Shown: positions 40,954 through 50,086 of the stretch, one piece after another
Position numbering within the stretch: position 1 is the stretch's first letter
Layout of the letters: each line of letters begins with the position of its first letter
Source of the DNA: Gammaproteobacteria bacterium
GTDB taxonomy: Bacteria; Pseudomonadota; Gammaproteobacteria; Eutrophobiales; Eutrophobiaceae
Direction: 5' to 3'
Length of the DNA stretch: 64,000 nucleotides
Assembly (NCBI GenBank): GCA_965116495.1
Contig: OZ220696.1
Location: forward strand, 3,840,001 to 3,904,000
Made by a program: the position numbers and the translations under genes
Notes under the pieces: generated by a model
The model's input: the letters and a program-made list of their open reading frames with translations, nothing else
Database searches by the model: none
What the model was told of the DNA's origin: nothing

Positions 40954-41790
40954 TCAATTAACAATAAATTCCGAAGACCACGACGCGTTTTTGGTATCCG
41001 TCGCTTCGATCGTCAATTTCCCCTCGTCTTCCGGCACGAAGAAGAAACGCAGGCTTGGGTCCATACTGATTGCAAAGGTCAATATTGCTTTCATTATCGG
41101 AGCCCCGTCGTAATTGACGTTCAACGTATTGACGAAATGCGCGGGGGGATGGACATGGGAGCCTATCCTCATCGGTTGCAACCCGGTAATGTTGGGATGT
41201 TTTATCTTGAGCTGCATCAGGTTCGGTTTCCTGTATTCAACATCGCCAATCAGTTTCATTTTCATCGCACCCATGTTGGCTATGGAATCACCGATGCTCT
41301 TGGGTGGCGGCGCAGAACATGCACCCGTTGCCCGGACAAAACTCTTGGCCATGTAAAGCTCGCCTGTATTCAACTCGGCAATGGCGCGCACATAGGTGTG
41401 GTCATTTACCCTGACGCGCATGGCCAGGTCGGCCTTGCCGCTGGCAGGAGTAAAATCAAACATGCCCACCAGCGGGACCGGGTTCTTGTCGATAAATACA
41501 TGCATCCGTTGTATGTACAGTTCATCGCTCTGGGGTATTTTGGTATGTATGGAAACCGGCGCCAGGGTGGCGTCTTCCGCCCTGTACGGAGCCTTGACTT
41601 CCAGAACGTTCTGCTCGGCATCTTCAACTATTTCCCTGTCCTGGAACGTTGCATAACGCAGGTTCTCCTCCCATGCCTGGTCTGACAATTTATGCCGCCA
41701 GTCATGGGGCATGACATCAGCAAACACTGCTGATACCGAAATGAACAATCCGGTAACATATATAAGCGTCTTTATGGTTTTGTGTAACAT
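40954..41790 (-). CDS. Quinoprotein dehydrogenase-associated SoxYZ-like carrier (fused SoxY-SoxZ)
   Basis: AP.RAEDA..P, IDKNP.P, RVN..T.VRA.AE, GACSAPP and SoxZ-like HPN.TGLQ; signal peptide. Confidence 0.85.
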   Translation of the reverse strand: MLHKTIKTLIYVTGLFISVSAVFADVMPHDWRHKLSDQAWEENLRYATFQDREIVEDAEQNVLEVKAPYRAEDATLAPVSIHTKIPQSDELYIQRMHVFIDKNPVPLVGMFDFTPASGKADLAMRVRVNDHTYVRAIAELNTGELYMAKSFVRATGACSAPPPKSIGDSIANMGAMKMKLIGDVEYRKPNLMQLKIKHPNITGLQPMRIGSHVHPPAHFVNTLNVNYDGAPIMKAILTFAISMDPSLRFFFVPEDEGKLTIEATDTKNASWSSEFIVN

Positions 41791-42005
41791 ATGTTCCTCT
41801 GTAATTCCTGTTTTAAAACTTGTTTATCAAGACTGTTCCGGTAATCCGGTCTGGTCTGCCGAGTATACAATACCGATAATAGTATTTCCATTATTTGCAT
41901 GGATCCGGGACAGATCACGAATATATGCTTGACTTCTTCGTCTATAAGGGTGAAGAATGGGCCGATATGTAAAAAACTTGCTTATTGTATGAAAATTTCC
42001 TATAT

Positions 42006-42033
42006 TTGACATGTTCTAATATTGTGATAGTAT
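42006..42033 (+). promoter_or_regulatory. Candidate sigma70 promoter for xoxF
   Basis: TTGACA-16 nt-TAGTAT in the AT-rich divergent intergenic region. Confidence 0.4.
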
Positions 42034-42190
42034 TCATTAAAATAATAACAGCATTAGGATAATAAAGTTTGACGCAGGGTTATCGCTCTGATAATTTAAC
42101 TCTCAGCTATCTTTCATGATCTCGAGATAGCGGGGAGGTCAATAAAATCGAGATCAAAATAACTTGTTATATATAAAAGAGGAGGAGGTC

Positions 42191-44203
42191 ATGAGTAAAT
42201 TTTCCTTCAGTAAATGGATAATTGTCTCTCTGGCCCTGTTCATGTCCCTGTCAACTTACGCTAACGACGGCGTAAGGGAATTGATGAAGGATGCGAACTA
42301 CTGGGTCTATCCGGGAGGTAATTATAATAACTGGCGTTATTCTGAACTGGATCAGATAAATAACAACAATGCCGGTGACCTGGTGGCTGCGTGGACGTTT
42401 TCAACTGGACGTCTGCAAGGTCATGAGGGAGGTCCCCTGGTCCTGCCGTCAAGCGAGACCGGTCTGGACGCAGACCATCTGTATATTCACGCATCATTCC
42501 CGAATGATGTTTTTGCCATTAATCTTGAGACCCTGGAAATTACCTGGGATTTTGTACCAGCTCAGGATGAGGCGGCAACTGTCCCGAAGATGTGTTGTGA
42601 CATCGTGAATCGCGGGTTGGGATACAGCATGGGCCAGATTTACCTGCAAGCGGCTGACACCACTTTGTATGCATTGAATCCGGCGGACGGCAGCATTGTC
42701 TGGCAGACAAAGAACGGCGCTGATATCTCTGACGACATGGTTGGCCCCAGTGCTATGGGTGATGGCTCCGGTAAAGGTTATGGTCCGCATAACGGTATGA
42801 CCAACACCAACGCGCCGCACCCGATCAAGGACAAGGTCTTAACCGGATGTTCCGGCGCCGAGTTTGGCGTACGTTGCTGGATTGCAGCTTTCAATGCTGC
42901 TGACGGCAGCCTGGCCTGGCGTGCGTTCAGCATGGGTCCCGACGAGGATATCCTGTTTGACGAGAATACCACGTCCATGGGCGAACCGGTTGGTGCGGAT
43001 TCTTCCCTGAAGACCTGGTGTGCGTTTGACGCCGAAGTAGGTACCGGGAAGAGTTCCTGGGGCGAAATGGCACTGCGTGCCAACTCAGCCGCTGAGCGTG
43101 AATGTAAAGAGACTACCGACCAGTGGAAGATTGGCGGCGGCTCCGTATGGGGCTGGTGGCCTGCCGACTTCGATGAGAACCTGATGTACTACGGTAACGG
43201 CAACCCCGGCACCTGGAACCCGGTTGTTCGCCCTGGCGACAACAAGTGGTCCATGTCCATTTTTGCCCGTGACATCGACACCGGCGTAGCCCGCTGGGTT
43301 TACCAGATGACGCCCCACGATGAGTGGGACTATGACGGTATTAACGAGATGATCCTGGCCGAACTGGATATCGGCGGCACCATGACACCGGCATTGGTCC
43401 ATTTCGACCGTAACGGTTTCGGTTATACCATGAACCGCAAGACGGGCGAACTGCTGGTAGCTGAGAAGTATGACCCGGCCGTTAACTGGGCAACCCACGT
43501 CGATATGAAGACGGGTTATCCCCAGGTTGTCAATGAGTTCAGTACTCACTACAACGGTCAGGACGTTACTTCCAAGGATGTCTGCCCTGCCGCACTGGGT
43601 ACCAAGGACCAGCAACCTGCTGCCTACTCCCCGAAAACCAACTTGTTTTACGTACCGACAAACCACGTTTGCATGACCTATGAACCGGTCAGCGACGACG
43701 CTGGTGGCGTTACCTATGAACAAGCAGCCGGCAGCTGGTATGTAAATGCCAACCTGACGATGTATCCGGCCGGCCAGGTAATGGGTAACGGTACGACCAA
43801 CATGGGCAACTTTATTGCCTGGGATGCCAGCGAAGGCAAGATCGTATGGTCTATTCCTGAGCGGTGGTCGGTATGGAGCGGCGCACTGGCAACCAACGGT
43901 GACGTAGTCTTCTACGGTACACTTGAAGGCTATGCCAAGGCGATTGATGCCAGTTCCGGCAAGCTGCTGTGGCAATTCAAGACCCCATCAGGCATTATCG
44001 GCAACTTCAACACCTGGACCCATAAGGGCAAGCAATACGTTGGTGTCCTTTCCGGCATCGGCGGATGGGCCGGCGCTGTTGTGGCTATCCCGGTTCTGCG
44101 TGACATGTCCGGTGATGCAGCGTTGGGTGCTGTCGGCGGCTATCGCGCACTGTGGAATTCAACACGTAACAGTGGTGTGTTGATGGTGTTCAGCCTGCCG
44201 TAG
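42191..44203 (+). CDS. xoxF: Lanthanide-dependent PQQ methanol dehydrogenase XoxF
   Basis: MCCD vicinal disulfide, SGAEFGVR (Glu ligand), GNPGTWN, HDEWDYDG (extra Ln-binding Asp) and HFDRNG; GGAGGAGG RBS; signal peptide. Confidence 0.92.
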   Translation: MSKFSFSKWIIVSLALFMSLSTYANDGVRELMKDANYWVYPGGNYNNWRYSELDQINNNNAGDLVAAWTFSTGRLQGHEGGPLVLPSSETGLDADHLYIHASFPNDVFAINLETLEITWDFVPAQDEAATVPKMCCDIVNRGLGYSMGQIYLQAADTTLYALNPADGSIVWQTKNGADISDDMVGPSAMGDGSGKGYGPHNGMTNTNAPHPIKDKVLTGCSGAEFGVRCWIAAFNAADGSLAWRAFSMGPDEDILFDENTTSMGEPVGADSSLKTWCAFDAEVGTGKSSWGEMALRANSAAERECKETTDQWKIGGGSVWGWWPADFDENLMYYGNGNPGTWNPVVRPGDNKWSMSIFARDIDTGVARWVYQMTPHDEWDYDGINEMILAELDIGGTMTPALVHFDRNGFGYTMNRKTGELLVAEKYDPAVNWATHVDMKTGYPQVVNEFSTHYNGQDVTSKDVCPAALGTKDQQPAAYSPKTNLFYVPTNHVCMTYEPVSDDAGGVTYEQAAGSWYVNANLTMYPAGQVMGNGTTNMGNFIAWDASEGKIVWSIPERWSVWSGALATNGDVVFYGTLEGYAKAIDASSGKLLWQFKTPSGIIGNFNTWTHKGKQYVGVLSGIGGWAGAVVAIPVLRDMSGDAALGAVGGYRALWNSTRNSGVLMVFSLP

Positions 44204-44237
44204 ACCGAACAAACTTATTTACAAGTTTGTAATCATG

Positions 44238-44270
44238 ATCCCCGATATCAGTGATATCGGGGATTTTTTT
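44238..44270 (+). terminator. Rho-independent terminator after xoxF
   Basis: ATCCCCGATATCA-G-TGATATCGGGGAT followed by a T-run. Confidence 0.8.
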
Positions 44271-44410
44271 GTGGAACTTATCCGGGAATTATCAATCATA
44301 TCCATATGGCCGGAGCGGCCGATTATGCTATGATGACGACAAAAAAATGAACAATCCGGTTTTTTCGCCAGGTGATGAGAAAACCGGGATGGATTAAGGG
44401 GATAGAGAAT

Positions 44411-44881
44411 ATGTATTTGAAAAGAAGTCTTTTTATAATGTTACTGTTACTGGGCTCCATGCAGGTGTCCGCCCAGCAGATTCACATCATTAACGCGGAA
44501 GCGCGTATATTCAATCCGGACGTGATTTACGTAGAGCCGGGCGATAACGTGAGGTTCGTCAATATGACGTCCCATGACGCCGTATCGATTAATCAAGTGC
44601 CGCTTCCCGACGGCCAGGTGTTCGAGGGAATGCTTCCCGAAGGCGCCGAAGGCTGGAAAAGTAAAATGGGCAACGATTTTACCCTGCAACTAGACATAGA
44701 AGGTGTGTATCCCTTTGTGTGCATTCCCCATATCGGGTTCGGAATGGTGGGTGTCATCGTAGTAGGTGAGCCGGTCAACATCGATACTGCCATGGAGAAT
44801 GCGAGAGCCAACCTTACGGGTGGCTGGCGGCGGCTTATCGGCAAGATCCTCAAAGTGCAGCGGGCTGCGAAGAAAGGTTGA
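44411..44881 (+). CDS. Pseudoazurin-like blue copper protein (cupredoxin)
   Basis: F.P....V.PGD.V.F, His ligand in SHDA and C-x2-H-x4-M (CIPHIGFGM) type-1 copper loop; signal peptide. Confidence 0.88.
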   Translation: MYLKRSLFIMLLLLGSMQVSAQQIHIINAEARIFNPDVIYVEPGDNVRFVNMTSHDAVSINQVPLPDGQVFEGMLPEGAEGWKSKMGNDFTLQLDIEGVYPFVCIPHIGFGMVGVIVVGEPVNIDTAMENARANLTGGWRRLIGKILKVQRAAKKG

Positions 44882-45753
44882 TGAAAATGAAAAAATACTT
44901 GCTGGCGTGCCTGTTGCTGGTATCCGGTGTGGCGTCCGTACCGGCAGACGTCGGGGAAATGACCGCGTTGAAAGTGTGCGCCGACCCGTTTATGCTGCCC
45001 TTTTCCAATCGCAAGGAGCAGGGCTTCGAGAACAGGATTGCGGAATTGTTCGCGGAGAAACTGGGCGTGGAACTACAGTATGAATTTTTCCCCCAGAGAA
45101 TAGGGTTTATCCGCAATACTCTCAAGGCAGAATCCGAGTCAGGCACCGGCTACAAGTGCGACCTGGTGATGAGCGCGCCGGTGAATTTCGAGCGGGCTGC
45201 GGCTACAAACCCTTATTACACCAGTTCCTATGCCCTGGTCATGGCCAGGGGCCGGGGAATGGATGATGTCACCTCTCCGGAAATGCTGGTTGAAATGGTC
45301 AACAATGGATTGGAAATAAAATTTGGCGTGACTGATCGTGGCCAGGACCAGTTCTGGGTGTTCAGGCACGGTCTGATGGGGAGTATAGTGCCGTACCAGG
45401 GACAACCTGGCGACCCCGAGGTGTATCCGGGTAAAACATTGACCGAGGATTTGCTTGCCGGGAGAATTGATGCGGCGATTATCTGGGGGCCTACCATAGG
45501 ATATTTTGCCAAAACCATGGAAGGTGGTGAGAATCTTATCATCCTGCCGTTAAGTGATGATCCTACGTCCGCCTACCTGAAGTTTACGTTCACTGTAGCA
45601 ATGGCGGTAAGGCACGGAGAAAAAGAGTGGAAGGACAAGGTAAATCAACTGATTGCCGAGAACCAGGCGGAAATCAACGCCATCCTGGAAGACTATGGCG
45701 TACCGTTGCTGCCGCTGGAAAAAATAGAAATACGGGAAGATGATGACGACTAA
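44881..45753 (+). CDS. xoxJ: XoxJ/MxaJ-family periplasmic binding protein
   Basis: LKVCADP..LPFSN...QGFEN.IA, CDLVM, IIWGP..GY, MAVR.GE..WK and IL..YGVPL. Confidence 0.9.
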   Translation: MKMKKYLLACLLLVSGVASVPADVGEMTALKVCADPFMLPFSNRKEQGFENRIAELFAEKLGVELQYEFFPQRIGFIRNTLKAESESGTGYKCDLVMSAPVNFERAAATNPYYTSSYALVMARGRGMDDVTSPEMLVEMVNNGLEIKFGVTDRGQDQFWVFRHGLMGSIVPYQGQPGDPEVYPGKTLTEDLLAGRIDAAIIWGPTIGYFAKTMEGGENLIILPLSDDPTSAYLKFTFTVAMAVRHGEKEWKDKVNQLIAENQAEINAILEDYGVPLLPLEKIEIREDDDD

Positions 45754-46522
45754 AATATCGGCCACAGAGATTCATCTGCGGATAATTCTATGCGCCCTGT
45801 GGCTATTTTCATCGGTGGTCGCTGTTGCCGAGGACGCGGATGACGGCGTAGAAGTGAAGGGGGCTACCATTGGCAGAATGGGCGACCCCGTTGCCGTTGA
45901 CCCGGATACCTATGAGTTTGCCGACGCGGAAGCCAAACTCTGGCTGGATAATCACCTGCAGAACATCAACAGCCCGGGGCGGCTTTATTACGATTTCGTC
46001 AAGCGCGGGAGTTACGAGGAAGGTTTCAGCGACTCCGTCTACCTGGATATCGTCGAGGTGAACGAGGACGGCAGCAAGAATGCCGACCTGGAATTTTTCA
46101 CCGCAGATAGACAGCAGGATGCGCGCGGCGACAACCTTGTCGGCGTAACGGGTAACCCGGTCCTGCTTGTCTATATGCAGGGAGACGTCTACGAGATGAA
46201 TCGCCTGACCAACGGCAGTTGGCGCTATTTCCAGAGGCGGATCAAGTCTGCTTTTGCAGAGGAAGCGAAAATAGAAACGGTTTCGTTTGAATATGACGGA
46301 ACGCAACTGACCGGCGAGAAAATTTCCATCACCCCGTATCTCAACGACCCCAGGCGGAGGCAGTTCGCCGAGTTTGCTCCCAAGGTGTATGAATTCATCC
46401 TGTCCGATCAGGTACCGGGGAAACTGTACCAGATCAAGACCGTCATCCCGGACACAGCACCGGACAAGGAACCGTTGATAGAAGAGATCCTGACCCTGCA
46501 GAACGCAGAATTCACGGACTGA
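45740..46522 (+). CDS. Exported hypothetical protein
   Basis: 260-aa ORF overlapping the xoxJ stop, signal-peptide-like N-terminus, acidic; no family recognised. Confidence 0.65.
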   Translation: MMTTKISATEIHLRIILCALWLFSSVVAVAEDADDGVEVKGATIGRMGDPVAVDPDTYEFADAEAKLWLDNHLQNINSPGRLYYDFVKRGSYEEGFSDSVYLDIVEVNEDGSKNADLEFFTADRQQDARGDNLVGVTGNPVLLVYMQGDVYEMNRLTNGSWRYFQRRIKSAFAEEAKIETVSFEYDGTQLTGEKISITPYLNDPRRRQFAEFAPKVYEFILSDQVPGKLYQIKTVIPDTAPDKEPLIEEILTLQNAEFTD

Positions 46523-46559
46523 TTTTTTCGTCGTTTGACAGTCCCATCAAGCAGCGCGT

Positions 46560-47381
46560 TCACCTGGCTGCATTGAGCAGCACCATGACTTCTCCCTTGC
46601 CTTTGTTCGCCATATCGCCGCTGTACAAACGGACTTCCGGGCCGAAATTTCGGAAAAACCGATAACGGCTGCCCATCCGGGAGAGCTGTTTGAAAAACAG
46701 GCGCAGATATTCCATCTTCAACGTACCGCAGTTCGCCAGGGTGGTGCCGATTTTCTCAGGACGCCTGCCCAGTATGATGGTCCCGCGTTTCATCCCGTAA
46801 CCCGGGAGTTTGCCGGATTTGCCCAGTATCAAAATGGTGCCGGCAACCATCCCCGCGCCGCTGAAGTCACCGGCGTCACCACCAATCATGATCATCCCGC
46901 GCCGCATCTTGTCACCGAGACGATTTCCGGCATTGCCCCATACCGTTATCAGGCCGTCCCGCATTCCCTGCATGCTGGTTCGGGCCCCGGCCCCGATGTA
47001 ATCGCCGGCATCGCCTTCGACATCGATCCTGCCCCAGTACATATCGCAGCCGAGCCAGTCGCCGCAACTGCCGTTGACCCTGATTGTGCCGCCTGTCATC
47101 CCGTGTCCGAGGTAACTGCCGCCGTGCGCCTTGACACTGATATGCCCGCGCGTCATCCGGTCGCCTATCCGGGTAACCAGTTCCGTCGTGCGGCGTAATT
47201 CGATATGCTCAGGGTCTTCCCCGCTAATGGAAAACAGCTCCCCGGCCCTGACCGGCCTGGAACCGTAGGCCAGTTCGATCCCGGCGATATTATCCGCGAC
47301 CGACAGCCTGTCCGGTGTCAGCGCTGATAAATCCAGTGTCCGCTGCGGTTTTTTCTTCAAGGTGAAAATCATGGGATTCAT
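46560..47381 (-). CDS. fhcC: Formyltransferase/hydrolase complex subunit C
   Basis: GXGXG beta-helix repeats (IGDRMTRG, LG.GM.GG, GDKMRRG, GM.AGT) and GD.A..GKGE. Confidence 0.92.
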   Translation of the reverse strand: MNPMIFTLKKKPQRTLDLSALTPDRLSVADNIAGIELAYGSRPVRAGELFSISGEDPEHIELRRTTELVTRIGDRMTRGHISVKAHGGSYLGHGMTGGTIRVNGSCGDWLGCDMYWGRIDVEGDAGDYIGAGARTSMQGMRDGLITVWGNAGNRLGDKMRRGMIMIGGDAGDFSGAGMVAGTILILGKSGKLPGYGMKRGTIILGRRPEKIGTTLANCGTLKMEYLRLFFKQLSRMGSRYRFFRNFGPEVRLYSGDMANKGKGEVMVLLNAAR

Positions 47382-48274
47382 TTCAGAATTTCCCTGAGAT
47401 GGAAATGGTGAGGTCCCAGTTTTCCGCCGTAGTTGCCGGCACTGATCCGGTAGATGCCCTTGTCGGGCCCGTTTTTACAGACCGCCTCGATACCGGCGCG
47501 CATGGCGGCGCGGATCGCCGCTTCATTCAGGCCGTCTATGACGATCTCCAAGACGGAGCCGATTTCTTCCGTCAGCACGCTGTTTACCCGGCTTTTCAGG
47601 GTGGGACAGAAGACCTCGTTTGTCGAGGCCGGTAGAAATGAGTATTTCGAGCCTACCTTGGAACCGGAACCGACTATTCCGCCGGGAAACGTGGTAACAG
47701 CACCATCTACGGCGCGAATCGCCTTGACGGCTTTTTCGCAGGCGCTCAGACCGTGACGGGAGGTTTTTGCCATGACAAGGAAATTGCCGCCGCCGATGGC
47801 AGGAACGACGCCGGTGGTTTCTTCGCACAGAAATTCGCCGTGCATGACCGGGATGCGCCAGTAACGGATACCGTCCAGTATTTTTGATATCTGGTGCCCG
47901 TCGCCAAAATATCGCAGGCTTTTACCCAGGGGTAACATGGTATCGCTGTGGGTCCCGGCAAAACAGGCGCTGGTCGCGGTAGTCATTACGGATTGTCCGA
48001 CGCGCCGGGTGAGCTGGTCGGCCAACTGCGATTTCGACATGGCAAACATGATGATCGCTACACCGGGCCTGCCATCCGGGGTTTCTTCCGGTTTCAGTTC
48101 CCGCTCAATATCCGCCTCACAACCGCAGGCAATCACGGACGAAGCAAATCCGGTCAGGGAATTGGCCGCGATGTATGCATACTTCATGGTCATGGCGGTG
48201 ATGATCAGCCGGGTCGCCTTCATGGGGAAGGCTTCCGCAAACGTATCGTCAATGGTTACGCCGTTGATGTTCAT
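47378..48274 (-). CDS. fhcD: Formylmethanofuran:H4MPT formyltransferase
   Basis: IDDTFAEAF, SVIACGCEA, TPDGRPG, LRYFGDG, GSKVGSKY and ISAGNYGG.LG. Confidence 0.94.
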   Translation of the reverse strand: MNINGVTIDDTFAEAFPMKATRLIITAMTMKYAYIAANSLTGFASSVIACGCEADIERELKPEETPDGRPGVAIIMFAMSKSQLADQLTRRVGQSVMTTATSACFAGTHSDTMLPLGKSLRYFGDGHQISKILDGIRYWRIPVMHGEFLCEETTGVVPAIGGGNFLVMAKTSRHGLSACEKAVKAIRAVDGAVTTFPGGIVGSGSKVGSKYSFLPASTNEVFCPTLKSRVNSVLTEEIGSVLEIVIDGLNEAAIRAAMRAGIEAVCKNGPDKGIYRISAGNYGGKLGPHHFHLREILK

Positions 48275-48292
48275 AATTAAAAGATATAATAA

Positions 48293-48431
48293 ATCCGCAG
48301 ATGACGCAGATTAACGCAGATGTTTTCAGGTATTATTTATGCCAGTCTGCTGTATGCCTGCATTCACGATAACAGCCTGAAAGATATAAAACTCTTAATA
48401 TAATCTGCGTTAATCTGCGTCATCTGCGGAT
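48293..48431. repeat. Inverted nonamer-like repeat element (ACGCAGAT family)
   Basis: ATCCGCAGATGACGCAGATTAACGCAGAT...ATCTGCGTTAATCTGCGTCATCTGCGGAT perfect 29-bp arms; fragment near 31288. Confidence 0.82.
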
Positions 48432-50086
48432 AAATCCTGTTTGCAGTCATGCACCAGCAGCGAATGTTGATTATACCCCTCCAATTCGTCACGGCTGAGT
48501 TTGTAGTTTTCCAGGTTCATGGTCATGTACCTGTCAAAATAGCGTTTCAGGGGTTTTTCTATGCCCCGGTCGTAGTCCGGTTCGACCACGTGGGTGGACG
48601 TGGCCGGTATGGCGCAGACCTTGCCGTTCCGGACGCAGAGTTCGCCGCGTTTGAATACGTACTCCGGGCTGCTGAACATGGTCTCTGCGTTGCCGTCGGG
48701 TTTATAGACGGTGATATCCGCGGTTGCTCCAGTACCCAGGTGGCCGAGGTTGTCCAGTCCCAGGCTCCTGGCCGGCGCGGCGCGGGTGAGAATTGCGATC
48801 TCGTATAATGAATATTCCCGGTCGATTGTGGACAGGATACTTGCGCTGGCGGCATCCTTGTTGATAGTGGCCAGCATGTCGTTGCGGAAGCCCTTGTCCA
48901 TGAGCAGCCTGATCAAATGCGGATATGAAGTGAATGGTGCGCCGTTGGGGTGGTCGGTGGTCAAAAAGACGCGCCAGGGATCGTCAACGAGTAAAAATAT
49001 CTCAAGGCCGATACACCACTGGAGGGCATTGACGAAATTCCTGTCCCGGTAGCGGAACGGCACCACGCCGCAGCCGGCATCGCATTCTATGTCCATGCAG
49101 ACCCATTTATTCGGATGGGCGTGAACATGTCCCCTGTGCTGCGTCATACTGTCGGCAGACGTGGTGATGGTCTGGCCGAACATGATCTGGCCGACGTCAA
49201 TGGATACGTTTCCGTTCCGGTTGACAGCCTCTGCTATCCGGGCCGCTTCGGATGAGAATTTCCTGTCACCCTCCTGCCCGTAACTGTGGAACTGTACATG
49301 AGTCAGGTGCAAGGGCTTGCCCTCGGCTGCAGCTATGGTGTCAAGCGTTGTCCGGTAATTTCCGGGCACCCCCAGGTTGCAGCCATGCACGTGCAGTGGA
49401 TGAGGAATGCCGAGGGCGTCCAGTGCGTCAAGCAGCGCGCACAGGATGTTACGTGGGGTGATCCCGTAGCCGTTGTTTTTTTCATCCAGGTCCAGCTTTC
49501 TCTGGTTGAACTTGAACGCATTGATACCCCCCGGGTTCACTACCTTGATGCCCATTGCCCGTGCTGCGTGGATTGTCCAGGCCACATAATCGTTGATCAC
49601 GGATTGGTCTTTTTTGCCCTGCAGCAGGCGCAGCAGGAAATCGTCGTTACCGAGCAGAACGTAAGCGCCCGTGTCCAGCATGGGGGTGTCCGCCATTTCC
49701 AGGTGCGAGGCGCGTGCATTTACAGGCATCATCGCCGGTTCGAAACAGGTGGTATAACCCATTTCGGCATAACGGTAGCCGGTGACGAAACTGGTAGGGG
49801 CAATGGTGCCGGAGCCCGAATGCGTGAGGTCTCCCGGGGACACCGGGTGACTGTCGTGGTCATCTGCAAGTAGTAACCTGGCGATATTGACCTTGCCCCC
49901 GCCGATGTGGGTATGGATGTCAATACCGCCTGCCATCACGATGCGGCCGCCCAGGTTTATTACCTGGTGAATTTTCTGATCCGGCGCCGGTTCGACCAGC
50001 ATGCCGTCCTGGACGTACAGGTCCAGTATTCTGCCGTCTATGCCGTTAGCCGGGTCGTAGACCTTACCGCCTTCGAGCTTTATCAT
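48410..50086 (-). CDS. fhcA: Formyltransferase/hydrolase complex subunit A (amidohydrolase)
   Basis: D.HTHIGGG, KVVNPGG, HVHG.NLG.PGN, HVQFHSY and TTDHPNG. Confidence 0.94.
   Translation of the reverse strand: MIKLEGGKVYDPANGIDGRILDLYVQDGMLVEPAPDQKIHQVINLGGRIVMAGGIDIHTHIGGGKVNIARLLLADDHDSHPVSPGDLTHSGSGTIAPTSFVTGYRYAEMGYTTCFEPAMMPVNARASHLEMADTPMLDTGAYVLLGNDDFLLRLLQGKKDQSVINDYVAWTIHAARAMGIKVVNPGGINAFKFNQRKLDLDEKNNGYGITPRNILCALLDALDALGIPHPLHVHGCNLGVPGNYRTTLDTIAAAEGKPLHLTHVQFHSYGQEGDRKFSSEAARIAEAVNRNGNVSIDVGQIMFGQTITTSADSMTQHRGHVHAHPNKWVCMDIECDAGCGVVPFRYRDRNFVNALQWCIGLEIFLLVDDPWRVFLTTDHPNGAPFTSYPHLIRLLMDKGFRNDMLATINKDAASASILSTIDREYSLYEIAILTRAAPARSLGLDNLGHLGTGATADITVYKPDGNAETMFSSPEYVFKRGELCVRNGKVCAIPATSTHVVEPDYDRGIEKPLKRYFDRYMTMNLENYKLSRDELEGYNQHSLLVHDCKQDLSADDAD

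Noticed and set aside
42191-44203. Calcium-type MxaF
   Set aside because: DYD rather than DYA/DFA motif, and no mxaI or mxaACKL nearby.
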